64,000 nucleotides of DNA, taken from NCBI GenBank assembly GCA_051294375.1, contig JBJCIZ010001661.1, forward strand, positions 4,812 to 68,811, given 5' to 3'. The notes under the pieces were generated by a model. It had not been told where the DNA came from, did not search any database, and saw only the letters and a list, made by a program, of their open reading frames with translations. Positions 1 to 13,080 of this stretch are shown piece after piece (position 1 is the first letter of the stretch; each line of letters begins with the position of its first letter). Position numbers and translations under genes: made by a program. Source of the DNA: Paraspadella gotoi. Lineage: Eukaryota > Animalia > Chaetognatha.

Positions 1-3000
1 ACAGATTTGCACAAGAAAAATAATAGCGTAATTATTTTTTTTTAAACCTTTGACTGATTTGCAAAGGAAACAAAATAGCATAAAAATATTTATTTTAGTG
101 CAGTTTAAATTCTTTAGGTCTATATTTTATCAGGGGCAAAACAGTTTTTCTTTTGAACTTTATAAAAGATTGAATAGGATATTTTTAAAAGATACATATT
201 ATATTCGCACAGGTTTGCACAGGATTAAAAATGAAAAGATTCACTGCAAAACTTTAAATTTTTATGGCAAAATCCTATTCCTGTGCAAATCTGTGCAAAT
301 AACGATTTGTTTTAATTCTTTGCATTCCTGTGCAAACAATTTGTTTGACTTTTTGTACAATCTCATGCAAAATAAAAAAATCCATTTGTATCAATTTGTA
401 CAGGATTAAAAGTAACGCAATTAAAATTTTTGAAACATCTGACTGATTTGCACAGGATTAAAAATAGCATAGAAATATTTATTTTGTTTAGGGGCAAAAT
501 AGTTTTTCTTTTGAACTTTATAAAAGATTGAATAGGATATATCTAAAACATACATATGATATTTTCATAGGTATTTGCAAAGATTTGCACAAGAATAAAA
601 GTATTTTTTTGATTTAGTGTAAAAAAAAGGAGAAATAACGATTTGTTGTAATGCTGTGCAATCCTGTGCAAAAAACAATTTGTTTGTCTGTACAAAATAA
701 AAGAATTAATTTGCACAGATTTGCACAGAAATAAAAATAGCATCAAAAATATTTTTTTTCATAAAGGATTTTTTTTTTGCACAGGTTTGCACAGGATTAA
801 AAATGTAAATAATCGTTGCTAAACCTTAAATTTGTATGGCATACTACTATTCCTGTGCCACTCTGTGCAAATAAAAGAGTAGAAATAACGATTTGTTATA
901 TTTTTCTGTAATACTGTGCAAAAAAACCATTTGTTTGTCTTTCTGTGCAATCCTATGCAAAAATAAAAAATAAATTTAGACAGATTTGCTCAGGAATAAA
1001 AATGGGGCAATTTAAAAAATTTGAAACCTATTACCAATTTGCACAGGAATAAAATTATAATGCATTTTTAACTTTTATAGGTATTTTTTCATAAATGATT
1101 TTTTTAATTGAAGATTGAATGGGACATACGTAAAAGATACATATTATATTTGCACAGGGTTAACAGGATTAAAAATGAATTGATCTGTGCTCCATCCTTT
1201 TCCTGTGCAATTCTGTGCAAATAAAAGAGTAAAAATGTTTATTTGTTGTAATGCTGTGAAATCCTGTGCAAACAATTTATTTGTCTTTCTAATAAAATCA
1301 ATTTGCACAGATTTTCACAGAAAAAAAAATAAAGCAATTAAAATTTTTAAAACCTTTTACTGATTTGTACAGGAATAAAATAACCATCAAAAAATATTTT
1401 TTATAATATGGTTTTAACTTTTTAGGTCTATTTTCATGAAGGATTTTTTGAACTTTATAAAAGATTGAATGGGATGCATGTAAAAGATACATATTATATT
1501 TAAACAGGTTTGCAGAGGATAAAAAATAAATTGATCTGTGAAAAACATTAATTTTAATAGCACCATCCTATTCCTGTGCAATTCTGTACAAATAAAAGAT
1601 TTAAAATAACGTTTTGTAGAAATAACAATCCTGTAAAAAATAATAAAATCAATGTGCACAGATTTGCACAGGAATGCTGTGCAATCCTGTACAAAAAACA
1701 ATTTGTTTGTCTCTCTGGAGAAAAATGTGCAAAGATTTGCACAGGAATAAAAACAGTACAATATTAGTATGTAGAGCAGTTTTAACTTTTTATGGCTTTT
1801 TTCATGAAGGATTTTTTTTTAATAGGGAAAATATTTTTTTTTAACTTTATAAAAGATTAGGATGAAGGATTTTTATTTTGATTAGGGGCAAAATTATTCT
1901 TTTGAACTTTATAAAAGATTGAATACTATTTATGTAAAAGATTCATATAATATTCACATAGGTTTCTAAAAGATTAAAAATAAAAATATTCTGTGCAAAA
2001 TTTTAAATTTTTATAGCACAATTGTATTCCTGTGCAAATCTGTGAAAATAAAATAGTAGTAATAATGATTTGTTGTAATGCGGTGCAATCATTTGCAAAC
2101 AATTGGTTTGTCTTTCTGTACAATCCTGTGCAAAATAAAATAATCAATTTGCACAGAATTGCACAGGAATGCTGTGCAATCCTGTTCAAAAACAATTTGT
2201 TTGTCTCTCTGAAAAAATAAATTTGTACAGATAAAATAATAATATGTTATAATGCGGTGCAATCCTGTGCAAAAAATAATTTGTTTGTCTTCTTTTGCAA
2301 TCCTTTGAAAAATAATAAAATCAATTTGCACAGATTTGCACAGGAATGCTGTGCAATCCTGTACAAAAAACAAATTTAATGGGATATCGGTAAGAGATAC
2401 ATATATTATTTGCACAGGTTTGCACAGGATAAATATTCCTGTACAAACCTGTGCAAATAAAGAGTAAAAAAAACGATTTGTTATAATACTGTGCATTCCT
2501 GTGCAAAACAATTTGTTGTCTCTCTGAACAAATCAATTTGCACAGATTTTCACAGAAATAAAAACAGCAAAATATTAGTATTTAGTGCAGTTTTTACTAT
2601 TTAGGGATTTTTTTCATAAAGGGTTTTTGAATTGAAGATTGAATGGACATACGTAAAAGATACATATTATATTTGCACAGGTTTAACAGGATTAAATATG
2701 AATTGATCTGTGCACCATCCTATTCCTGTGCAATTCTGTGCAAATAAAAAAGTAAAAATATCTATTTGTTATAATGCTGTGCAATCCCGTGCAAACACTT
2801 TATTTGTCTTTCTGTGCAATCCTGTGCAAAATAAGTTTGTACAGATTTTTACAGGAATAAAAATAGTGCAATATTAGTATTTAGTGCAGTTTTAACTTTT
2901 TATGAACGATTTTTATTTTTTAATAGTGCCAAAATGTTTTTTCAACTTTAAAAAATATTGAATAGGATATATATAAAAAATACATATTATATTTGCAAAG

Positions 3001-3336
3001 GTTTGCACAGGATTAAACAGAAAGAATCTCTAAAAACATAAACATTTTTATGGCATAATCCTATACCTGCGCAAATCTGCGCCAATAATATAGTAGATAT
3101 AACGATTTGTTGTAATGCTCAGCAATCCGGGGCAAAAAAAATTCACCGATTTACACAGGAAAAAAAATAGCGGCAATTATATTTTTTTAAAACCTTTTAC
3201 CGATTTGCACAGTAAAATAAATATTTTTTTTGATTTAGCATAAAAAAAGAGAAATAATAATATGTTATAGTGCGGTGCAATCCTGTGAAAAATAATAAAA
3301 TCAATTTGCACAGATTTGCACAGGAATGCTGTGCAA

Positions 3337-4253
3337 TAAGGCGTAGTGAAAGTTACATACGAAAATTCTAAAAGTTAATTATAAACAACATACCATCAGT
3401 GAACATTAATTTGTAAAAAAAATTAATTTTATGTTTTTTAATTTTCGCAGTAGGCTATATTTATATATAGTACTATCCTTATAAAATCGAAAAAATTTCA
3501 AAAATAAGCTTTTTTTAATTTTGATTACAGATTTGAATTCCTCGTCAAAAGTTGATAAAAGAAAATATAAATCATTTTAAAAAATTCTTTCATTAAGTGG
3601 GTTAAAAATTAAAAAAACTATATTTAATATATAAAAAGTTAATTTTCAACTTAAATATAGCTTTTTCTAATTTTTGACCCACTTAATGAAGGAATTTTTC
3701 AAAAAGAGTTATATTTCTTTATATCAACTTTTTATAGCGAATCCAAATCTGCAAAAAAATCTTAGAAAAAACTGTTTTGAAATTTAACATTTATTGGTTT
3801 AGTACTAGTATAAATATAAATATAAATATAAAAATAGCGAAAAGTATAAGAAAGTTGGGAGTGGTTTCAAATTAAAGCTTATGCTTTGTAGATAATGACA
3901 GACGTATAGACATTCAATTGTAAGCATATTCCATAAACTACTTAAAATTTTTATAAAAAATTTAAAAAACTTTAATGAGCATTTAAAAAAAACCTGCCTT
4001 TATCGAATTTTACTGACCTACCACATTAAGTGTCTCATGGGTATACTGTTAAGATTTTATAGGTTTCATGAGATGGCACTTTTTTTGTTTCTTTCACATC
4101 ACTCTCTGCCCTACCGTGTATGGCCTACTGCGTACAATTGTAAAATTTATTATAAATTTTTTTTATTACATAAATGTTCATTAGTATAATGTTGTTCGTT
4201 TCTCACTTTTAGAATTTTAATTAAAGTAAATTTAGAAATTTTACTATGCCTTA
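3337..4253 (+). mobile_element. Fold-back MITE copy 1 (hAT-like, 8-bp TSD CTGTGCAA), carrying an extra ~300-bp insert
   Basis: Left end TAAGGCGTAGTGAAA, right end TTTTACTATGCCTTA (imperfect TIR). CTGTGCAA is duplicated at 3329-3336 and 4254-4261. Homologous to 10311-10876 and 25189-25800. Confidence 0.9.
3817..4118 (-). mobile_element. One-ended DNA-transposon-like fragment nested in MITE copy 1
   Basis: Absent from MITE copies 2 and 3. The right boundary reads ...CTGCCCTACCGTG|TA (minus strand TA|CACGGTAGGGCAG). No matching TIR is seen at the left boundary. Confidence 0.5.
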
Positions 4254-7200
4254 CTGTGCAATCCTGTACAAAAAACAATTTGTTTGTCTCTCTGAAAAAA
4301 AATGCACAGATTTGCTCAGGAATAAAAACAGTACAATATTAATATGGAGTGCAGTTTAATTTTTATAGATTTTTTCATGAAGAATTTTTATTTTTATTAG
4401 GGAAAATATTTTTTTAACTTTATATAAGATTAGGATAAGGATTTTATTTTGATTAGGGGCAAAATTATTCTTTTGAATTTTATAAAAGATTCAATGGGGT
4501 ATAGGTAAAAGATACTTATTATATTTGCACAGGTTTACACAGGATTAAAATTGTAAAGAAACTTTGAAAAAATTTAAATTGTTAAGGCAAAATCCAGCAA
4601 AGCTGTGCAAATAAAGAGTAAAAATAATGATTTGTTATAATAATTACAATCCTGTGCAAAAAAGATTGCTTTGTCTGTTTTGAAAAAAATCATTTTGTAC
4701 AGATTTGTACAGGAATGAAAACAGCACAATATTAGTATTTAGTGCAAATTTAACTTTTTAAGGCTTTTTTCATGAATGATTTTTAATTTGATTAGAGGCA
4801 AATTATTCTTTTGAATTTTTTGAAAGATTTAATGGGATATAGGTAAAAGATACATATTATATTTGCACAGGTTTGCATAGGATTAAAATTATAAAAAAAA
4901 ATTTTAAAAATTTTAAATTGTTATGGCACAATCCTATTCCTGTGCAAACCTGTGCAAACAAAAGAGTAAAAATATCTATTTGTTATAATGCTTTATTTGT
5001 CTTTCTGTGCAATCCTGTGCAAAATAATAATTTGCACAGATTTTTACAGAATAAAAAAACAATTAAAATTCTTGAAACCTTTTACCGATTTGGACAGAAT
5101 AAAATTACTGTCAAAAACTATTTTTTATATCGAGTTTAAACTTTTTAGGTCTTTTTTTCAAGAAATGATTTTTCGAACTTTATAAAAGATTGAATGGGAT
5201 GCATATAAAAGATACATATTATATTTAAACAGGTTTCCAGAGGTTAAAAATAAATTTATCTGTAAAAAATATTACTTATTAAAGCACCATCCTATTCCGT
5301 GTAATTCTGTGCAAATATAACATTTAAAATAACGTTTGTTATAATGCTTTTCAAAAAAAATAATATATTTTTCTCTCTAAAAAAATCAATTTGCACAGAT
5401 TTGCACAGGAATAAAAATATCACAATATTAGTATTTAGTACAGTTTTATTTTGAACTTTATAAAAGATTGAATAATATTTATGGAAAAGATTCATATAAT
5501 ATTCACATAGGTTTCTACAAGATTAAAAATAAAAATATTCTGTGCAAAATTTTAAATTTTTATAGCACAATTGTGTTCCTGTGCAAATCTGTGCAAAAAA
5601 ATAGTAGTAATAATGATTTGTTGTAATGCGGTGCAATCATTTGCAAATAATGGTTTGTCTTTCTGTGCAATCCTGTGCAAAATAAAATAATCAATTTGCA
5701 CAGAATTGCACAGGATTGCTGTGCAAACAATTGGTTTGTCTTCTGATGCAATCCTGTGCAAAATAAAATTATCAATTTGCACAGAATTGCACAGGATTGC
5801 TGTGCAATCCTGTTCAAAAACAATTTGTTTGTCTCTCTGAAAAAATAAATTTGTACAGACTTTATAGGAATAAAAATAAGTGCAATATTAGTATTTAGTG
5901 CAGTTTTTAACTTTTTATGAACGATTTTTATTTTTATTAGTGGCAAACGTTTTTTTAACTTTAAAAAATATTGAATAAGATATATATAAAAAATACATAT
6001 TATATTTGCAAAGGTTTGCACAGGATGAAAAATAAAAAGAATCGGTGAAAAATTAAGATTTGCACAGGAATGCTGTGCAATCCTAGTACAAAAAACAATT
6101 TGTTTGTCTCTCTGAAAAAAAAATTTTCACAGATTTGCACAGGAATAAAAACAGTACAATATTTTTATTTAGTGCAGTTTTAACTTTAATGGCTTTTTTT
6201 ATTAAGAGTTTTTATTTTTATTAGGGAAAATATTTTTTTTACTTATAAAAGATTTGGATGAAGGATTTTTTATTTGATTAGGGGAAAAATTATTCTTTTT
6301 TATATTTTATAAAAGATTTAATGAGATATAGGTAAAGATACTTATTATATTTGCACAGGTTTGCACAGATTAAAATTAAAAGAATCTTTGAAAATTTTAA
6401 ATTGTTATGGCACAATCCTATTCCTGTGCAAACCTGTGCAAAAAAAGAGTAAAAATAACGAGTTGTTATAATACTGTGCAATCCTGTGCAAAAAAATATA
6501 TTTTGTCTCTTTGAAAAAATTATTTTGCACAGATTTTCACAGGAATAGAAACAGCACAATATTAGTATTTAGTGCAGTTTTACTTTTTAAGCTTTTTTAT
6601 GAAGGATTTTTAATTTGATTAGGGCAAAATTATTCTTTTGAATTTTTAAAAGATTTAATGGGATATCGGTAAGAAATACATATTTTATTTTCACAGGTTT
6701 GCACAGGATAAATATTCCTGTACAAACCTGTGCAAATAAAATAGTAAAACTAACGATTTGTTTATAATACTGTGCATTCCTGTGCAAAAAACAATTTGTT
6801 TGTCTCTCTGAACGATTCAATTTGCACAGATTTCACAGAAATAAAAAGCAGCTAATCATTAGTATTTAGTGCAGTTTTTACTATTTAGGGATTTTTTTCA
6901 TAAAGGTTTTTTGAATTGAAGATTGAATGGGACATACATAAAAGATACATATTATATTTGCACAGGTTTAATAGGATTAAAAATGAATTGATCTGTGCAC
7001 CATCCTATTCCTGTGCAATTCTGTGCAAATAAAAAAGTAAAAATATCTATTTTTTTTTAATGCTGTGCAATCCTGTGCAAACACTTTATTTGTCTTTCTG
7101 TGCAATCCGGTGCAAAATAAATTTGCACAGCTTTTTACAGGAATAAAAATAAATCAATTAAAATTCTTGAAACCTTTTACCGATTTGCACAGGAATAAAA

Positions 7201-7466
7201 TTACTGTCAAAAATTATTTTTTTTAATGAAGTATTAACTTTTTAGGTCTTTTTTATGAAAGATTTTTTGAACTTTATAAAAGATACATATTATGAAAGAT
7301 ACATATTATATTTGAACAGGTTTCCAGAGGATTAAAAATAAATTTATTTGTAAAAAATATTAATTATTAAAGCACCATCCTATTCCTGTGTATATCTGTA
7401 CAAATATAAGATTTAAAATAACGTTTTGTTGTAATGCTTTGCAAAAAAATATTCTATTTATCTCTC

Positions 7467-7566
7467 NNNNNNNNNNNNNNNNNNNNNNNNNNNNNNNNNN
7501 NNNNNNNNNNNNNNNNNNNNNNNNNNNNNNNNNNNNNNNNNNNNNNNNNNNNNNNNNNNNNNNNNN
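7467..7566. other. Assembly gap (100 N)
   Basis: Run of N; satellite orientation differs on the two sides. Confidence 0.99.
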
Positions 7567-7644
7567 AGAGACAAATTGTTTTTTGCACATGATTGCACAG
7601 TATTACAACAAATTGTTATTTTTACTCTTTTATTTGCACAGGTT

Positions 7645-8067
7645 CTAGTTGGTTCGCGACTTCGCCATGGCGATGTCGCCAGTACCCCCACAGGTGATCT
7701 CGCCAGTGATAAAAGTAGCAAATATAATGAAAGGCGCGAGTTAGAAGAGAGACTTGCGACTTATTGAGACACGGGGATGAATGCATCACCCATGGGCTCC
7801 TCCCCCTACCCTAACCCGGACCTCCCGTTCAACCCTAACTGCCTTCAACATGTCAACCACGGGCCCCTCCCACAACCCTAATTCTAAACCAGGCCTCCCG
7901 TTTAACTCCGTGCCTCTCCCCCACCCTTTACCCGGGCCTCCCGTTCAACTCCCGTTCAACCCTAACGTCAACCACGGGTCCCTCCCCCAACCCTAACCTT
8001 AAACCGGGCCTCCCTTTCAACTCCGTACCTCTCCCCTAACCCAGGCCCAGGCCTCCTGTACATCTCC
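7645..8067. mobile_element. GC-rich insert with terminal CTAG, 24-bp palindrome and degenerate CCCTAA repeats (Helitron-like fragment)
   Basis: Abrupt composition shift inside the satellite. CTAG at 7645-7648; palindrome GCGACTTCGCCATGGCGATGTCGC at 7656-7679 (11 of 12 pairs); six CCCTAA hexamers; two copies of a ~115-130-bp C-rich unit. Confidence 0.55.
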
Positions 8068-10310
8068 TTGCACAGCATTACAACAAAACATTATTTTAAA
8101 TCTTATATTTGCACAGAATTGCACAGGAATAGGATGGTGCTTTAATAATTAATATTTTTTACAGATAAATTTATTTTTAATCCTCTGGAAACCGGTTCAA
8201 ATATAATATGTATCTTTTACATGCATCCCATTAAATCTTTTATAAAGTTCAAAAAATATTTCATAAAAAAGACCTAAAAAGTTAAAACCTCATTATAAAA
8301 AATAATTTTTGACGGTAATTTTATTCCTGTGCAAATCGGTAAAAGGTTTCAAGAATTTTAATTGCTATATTATTATTCCTGTAAAAATATGTGCAAATTA
8401 TTATTTTTCACAGGATTGTTCAGAAAGACAAATAAAGTGTTTGCACAGGATTGCACAACATTATAACAAATAGATATTTTTACTTTTTTATTTGCACAGA
8501 ATTGCACAGGAATAGGATGGTGCACAGATCAATTCATTTTTAAATCCTGTTAAACCTGTGCAAATATAATATGTATCTTTTACGTATATCCCATTCAATC
8601 TTCAATTCAAAAAACCCTTCATGAAAGAAATCCCTAAATAGTAAAAACTGCACTAAATACTAATATTTTGCTGTTTTTATTTCTGTGAAAATCTGTGCAA
8701 ATTGATTTGTTCAGAGAGACAAATAATTGTTTTTTGCACAGGAATGCACAGTATTATAACAAATCGTTATTTTTACACTTTTATTTGCACAGGTTTGCAC
8801 AGGAATCTTTATCCTGTGCAAACCTGTGCAAATATAATATATTTCTTTTAACTATATCCAATTAAATCTTTCAAAAAATTCAAAAGAATAACTTTGCCCC
8901 TTATCAAATTAAAAATCCTTCATGAAAAAAGCCTTAAAAAGTTAAAACTGCACTAAATACTAATATTGTGCTGTTTCTATTCCTGTGCAAATCTGTGCAA
9001 AATGATTTTTTCAAAGAGACAAACAAATATTTTTTTGCACAGGATTGCACAGTATTATAACAAATCGTTATTTTTACTCTTTTATTTGCACAGGTTTGCA
9101 CAGGAATAGGATTGTGCCATAACAATTTAAAATTTTTCAAAAATTCTTTACAATTTTAATCCTGTGCAAACCTGTGCAAATATAATAAGTATCTTTTACC
9201 TATATCCAATTGAATCTTTTATAAAATTCAAAAGAATAATTTTTCCCCTAATCAAAATAAAATTCGTTCTTCCTAATCTTTTATGAAATTAAAAAAAAAA
9301 TTTTCTAATAAAAATAAAAATCCTTTATGAAAAAAGCCATTAAAAGTTAAAACTGCACTAAATAAAAATATTGTACTGTTTTTATTCCTGTGGAAATCTG
9401 TGCAAATTTTTTTTTCAGAGAGACAAACAAATTGTTTTTTGTACAGGATTGCACAGCATTTCTGTACAAATCTGTGCAAATTGATTTTATTATTTTTCAC
9501 AGGATTGCAAAAGAAGACAATGAGGCGACTTACCTCCGGTAAGGATTGCACCGCATTATAACATATTATTTCTCCTTTTTTTATGCTAAATCAGAAATAA
9601 TATTTATTTTACTGTGCAAATCGGTAAAATGTTTTAAAAATTATAATTGCGCTATTTTTTTCCTGTGCAAATCTGTGCAAATTGATTTGTTCAGAGAGAC
9701 AAACAAATGTTTTTTTGCACAGGAATGCACAGTATTATAACAAATCATTATTTTTACTCTTTTATTTGCACAGGTTTGCACAGGAATTTTTATCCTGTGC
9801 AAACCTGTGCAAATATAATATGTATCTTTTACCTATATCCCATTAAAACTTTAAAAAAATTCAAAAGAATAATTTTTCCCCTAGTCAAATTAAAAATCCT
9901 TTATGAAAAAAGCCTTAAAAAGTTAAAACTGCACTAAATACTAATATTGTGCTGTTTCTATTCCTGTTTTGTTTGTCTCTCCTGTGTAAATCTGTGCAAA
10001 ATTTTTTTTTCTAAGAGACAAACAAATATTTTTTTGCACAGGATTGCACAGTATTATAACAATCGTCATTTTACTCTTTTATATTGCACAGGTTTGCACT
10101 GCAGGAATAGGATGTGTGCCATAACAATTTAAAAATTTTTCAAAGATTCTTTACAATTTTAATTATTCTTTGAATTTTTTTAAAGATTTAATGGATATAG
10201 GTAAAAGATACATATTATATTTGCACAGGTTTGCACAGGATAAAGATTCCTGTGCAAACCTGTGCAAATAAAAGAGTAAAAATAACGATTTTTTATATAT
10301 AGCTGTTCAT

Positions 10311-10876
10311 TAAGCGTAGTGAAAGTTACATACGAAATTCTAAAAGTCAATTAAAACAACATACATCAGTGAACATTAATTTGTAAAAAAAAATTAATTA
10401 TGTTTTTTAATTTTCGCAGTAGACATATATTTATATATATACTATCCTTATAAAATCGAAAAATTTCAAAATAGGCTTTCTTAATTTTGATAAAAAAAAT
10501 ATAAATCATTTTTAAAATTCTTTCATTAAGTGGTTAAAAATTAAAAAAACTATATTTAATATATAAAAAGTTAATTTTCAACTTAAAATATAGCTTTTCT
10601 AATTTTTGACCCACTTAATGAAGGAATTTTTAAAAAGAGATTATATTTCTTTTTATCAACTTTTTATGACGAATCCAAATCTGCAAAAAAATCTTAAAAA
10701 AAACTGTTTGAAATTTAACATTTTTGGTTTAGTACAGTATAAATATAGGCTTACTGCATAAATTGTAATTTATTATAAATTTTTTTATTACATAAATGTT
10801 CATTAGTTAATGTGTTTCGTTCCTCACTTTATAGAATTTTAATTAAAGTTAGATTTAGAAATTTTACTATGCCTTA
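10311..10876 (+). mobile_element. Fold-back MITE copy 2 (TSD CTGTTCAT/CTGTGCAT)
   Basis: TAAGCGTAGTGAAAG...TTTTACTATGCCTTA; flanks 10303-10310 and 10877-10884 match at 7 of 8 positions; colinear with copies 1 and 3 (indel-noisy sequence). Confidence 0.85.
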
Positions 10877-11449
10877 CTGTGCATTCCTGTGCAAAAAAAC
10901 ATTTGTTTGTCTCTCTGAACAAATCAATTTGCACAGATTTGCACAGGATAAAGATTCCTGTGCAAACCTGTGCAAATAAAAGAGTAAAAATAACGATTTG
11001 TTATAATACTGTGCATTCCTGTGCAATAAAACATTTGTTTGTGTCTCCTGTGTAAATCTGTGCAAAATGAATTTTTTTAAGAGACAAACAAATATTTTTT
11101 TGCACAGGATTGCACAGTATTATAACAAATCGTTATTTTTACTCTTTTATTTGCACAGGTTTGCACAGGAATATGATTGTGCCATAACAATTAAAAAATT
11201 TTCAAAGATTCTTTACAATTTTAATCCTGTGCAAACCTGTGCAAATATAATAAGTATCTTTTACCTATATCCCATTGAATCTTTTATAAAATTCAAAAGA
11301 ATAATTTTGCCCCTAATCAAAATAAAAATCCTTCATCCTAATCTTTTATAAAGTTAAAAAAAAAATTTTTCCTTATAAAAATAAAAATCCTTCATGAAAA
11401 AAGCCATTAAAAATTAAAACTGCACTAAATAAAAATATTGTAAAATGAT

Positions 11450-13080
11450 TTTTTCTAAGAGACAAACAAAATATTTTTTTGCACAGGATTGCACAGTATT
11501 ATAACAAATCGTTATTTTTACTCTTTTATTTGCACAGGTTTGCACAGGAATATGATTGTGCCATAACAATTTAAAAATTTTCAAAGATTCTTTACAATTT
11601 TAATCCTGTTCAAACCTGTGCAAATATAATAAGTACCTTTTACCTATATCCCATTGAATCTTTTATAAAATTCAAAAGAATAATTTTGCCCCTAATCAAA
11701 ATAAAAATCCTTCATCCTAATCTTTTATAAAGTTAAAAAAAATTTTTTTCCTAATAAAAATAAAAATCCTTCATAAAAAAAGCCATTAAAAGTAAAAACT
11801 GCACTAAATAAAAATATTGTACTGTTTTTATTCCTGTGCAAATCTGTGCAAATTTTTTTTTCAGAGAGACAAACAAATTGTTTTTTGTACAGGATTGCAC
11901 AGCATTCCTGTCCAAATCTATGCAAATTGATTTTATTATTTTTCACAGGATTGCAAAAGAAGACAAATTATTTTTTGCACAGGATTGCACCGCATTATAA
12001 CATATTATTATTTCTCCTTTTTTTATGCTAAATCAAAAAAAAAGATTTATTTTACTGTGCAAATCGGTAAAATGTTTTAAAAATTATAATTGCGCTATTT
12101 TTTTCCTGTGCAAATCTGTGCAAATTGATTTGTTCAGAGAGACAAACAAATGTTTTTTTGCACAGGAATGCACAGTATTATAACCAATCGTTATTTTTAC
12201 TCTTTTATTTGCACAGGTTTGCACAGGAATCTTTATCCTGTGCAAACCTGTGCAAATATAATATGTATCTTTTACCTATATCCCATTAAATCTTTAAAAA
12301 AATTCAAAAGAATAATTTTTCCCCTAATCAAATTTAAAATCCTTCATGAAAAAAGCCTTAAAAAGTTAAAACTGCACTAAATATTAATATTGTGCTGTTT
12401 CTATTCCTGTGTAAATCTGTGCAAAATGATTTTTTCTAAGAGACAAACAAATATTTTTTTGCACAGGATTGCACAGTATTATAACAAATCGTTATTTTTA
12501 CTCTTTTATTTGCACAGGTTTGCACAGGAATATGATTGTGCCATAACAATTTAAAAATTTTCAAAGATTCTTTACAATTTTAATCCTGTTCAAACCTGTG
12601 CAAATATAATAAGTACCTTTTACCTATATCACATTGAATCTTTTATAAAATTCAAAAGAATAATTTTGCCCCTAATCAAAATAAAAATCCTTTATCCTAA
12701 TCTTTTATAAAGTTAAAAAAAAAATTTTTCCTAATAAAAATAAAAATCCTTCATGAAAAAAGCCATTAAAAGTTAAAACTGCACTAAATAAAAATATTGT
12801 ACTGTTTTTATTCCTGTGCAAATCTGTGCAAATTTTTTTTTCAGAGAGACAAAAAAATTGTTTTTTGTACAGGATTGCACAGCATTCCTGTACAAATCTG
12901 TGCAAATTGATTTTATTATTTTTCATAGGATTGCAAAAGAAGACAAATTATTTTTTGCACAGGATTGCACCGCATTATAACATATTATTATTTCTCCTTT
13001 TTTTATGCTAAATCAAAAAAAATATTTATTTTACTGTGCAAATCGGTAAAATGTTTTAAAAATTATAATTGTGCTATTTT
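11450..13080 (+). repeat. ~980-bp higher-order repeat of the TGCACAG satellite
   Basis: Near-identical ORF pairs offset by 980 bp (11725/12705 and 11846/12826). Confidence 0.8.

Noticed and set aside
7781-7996. Proline-rich 71-aa ORF
   Set aside because: Explained by C-rich internal repeats of the insert; no splice or homology support.
7800-8045. True telomere or interstitial telomeric array
   Set aside because: The CCCTAA hexamers are scattered, not tandem.
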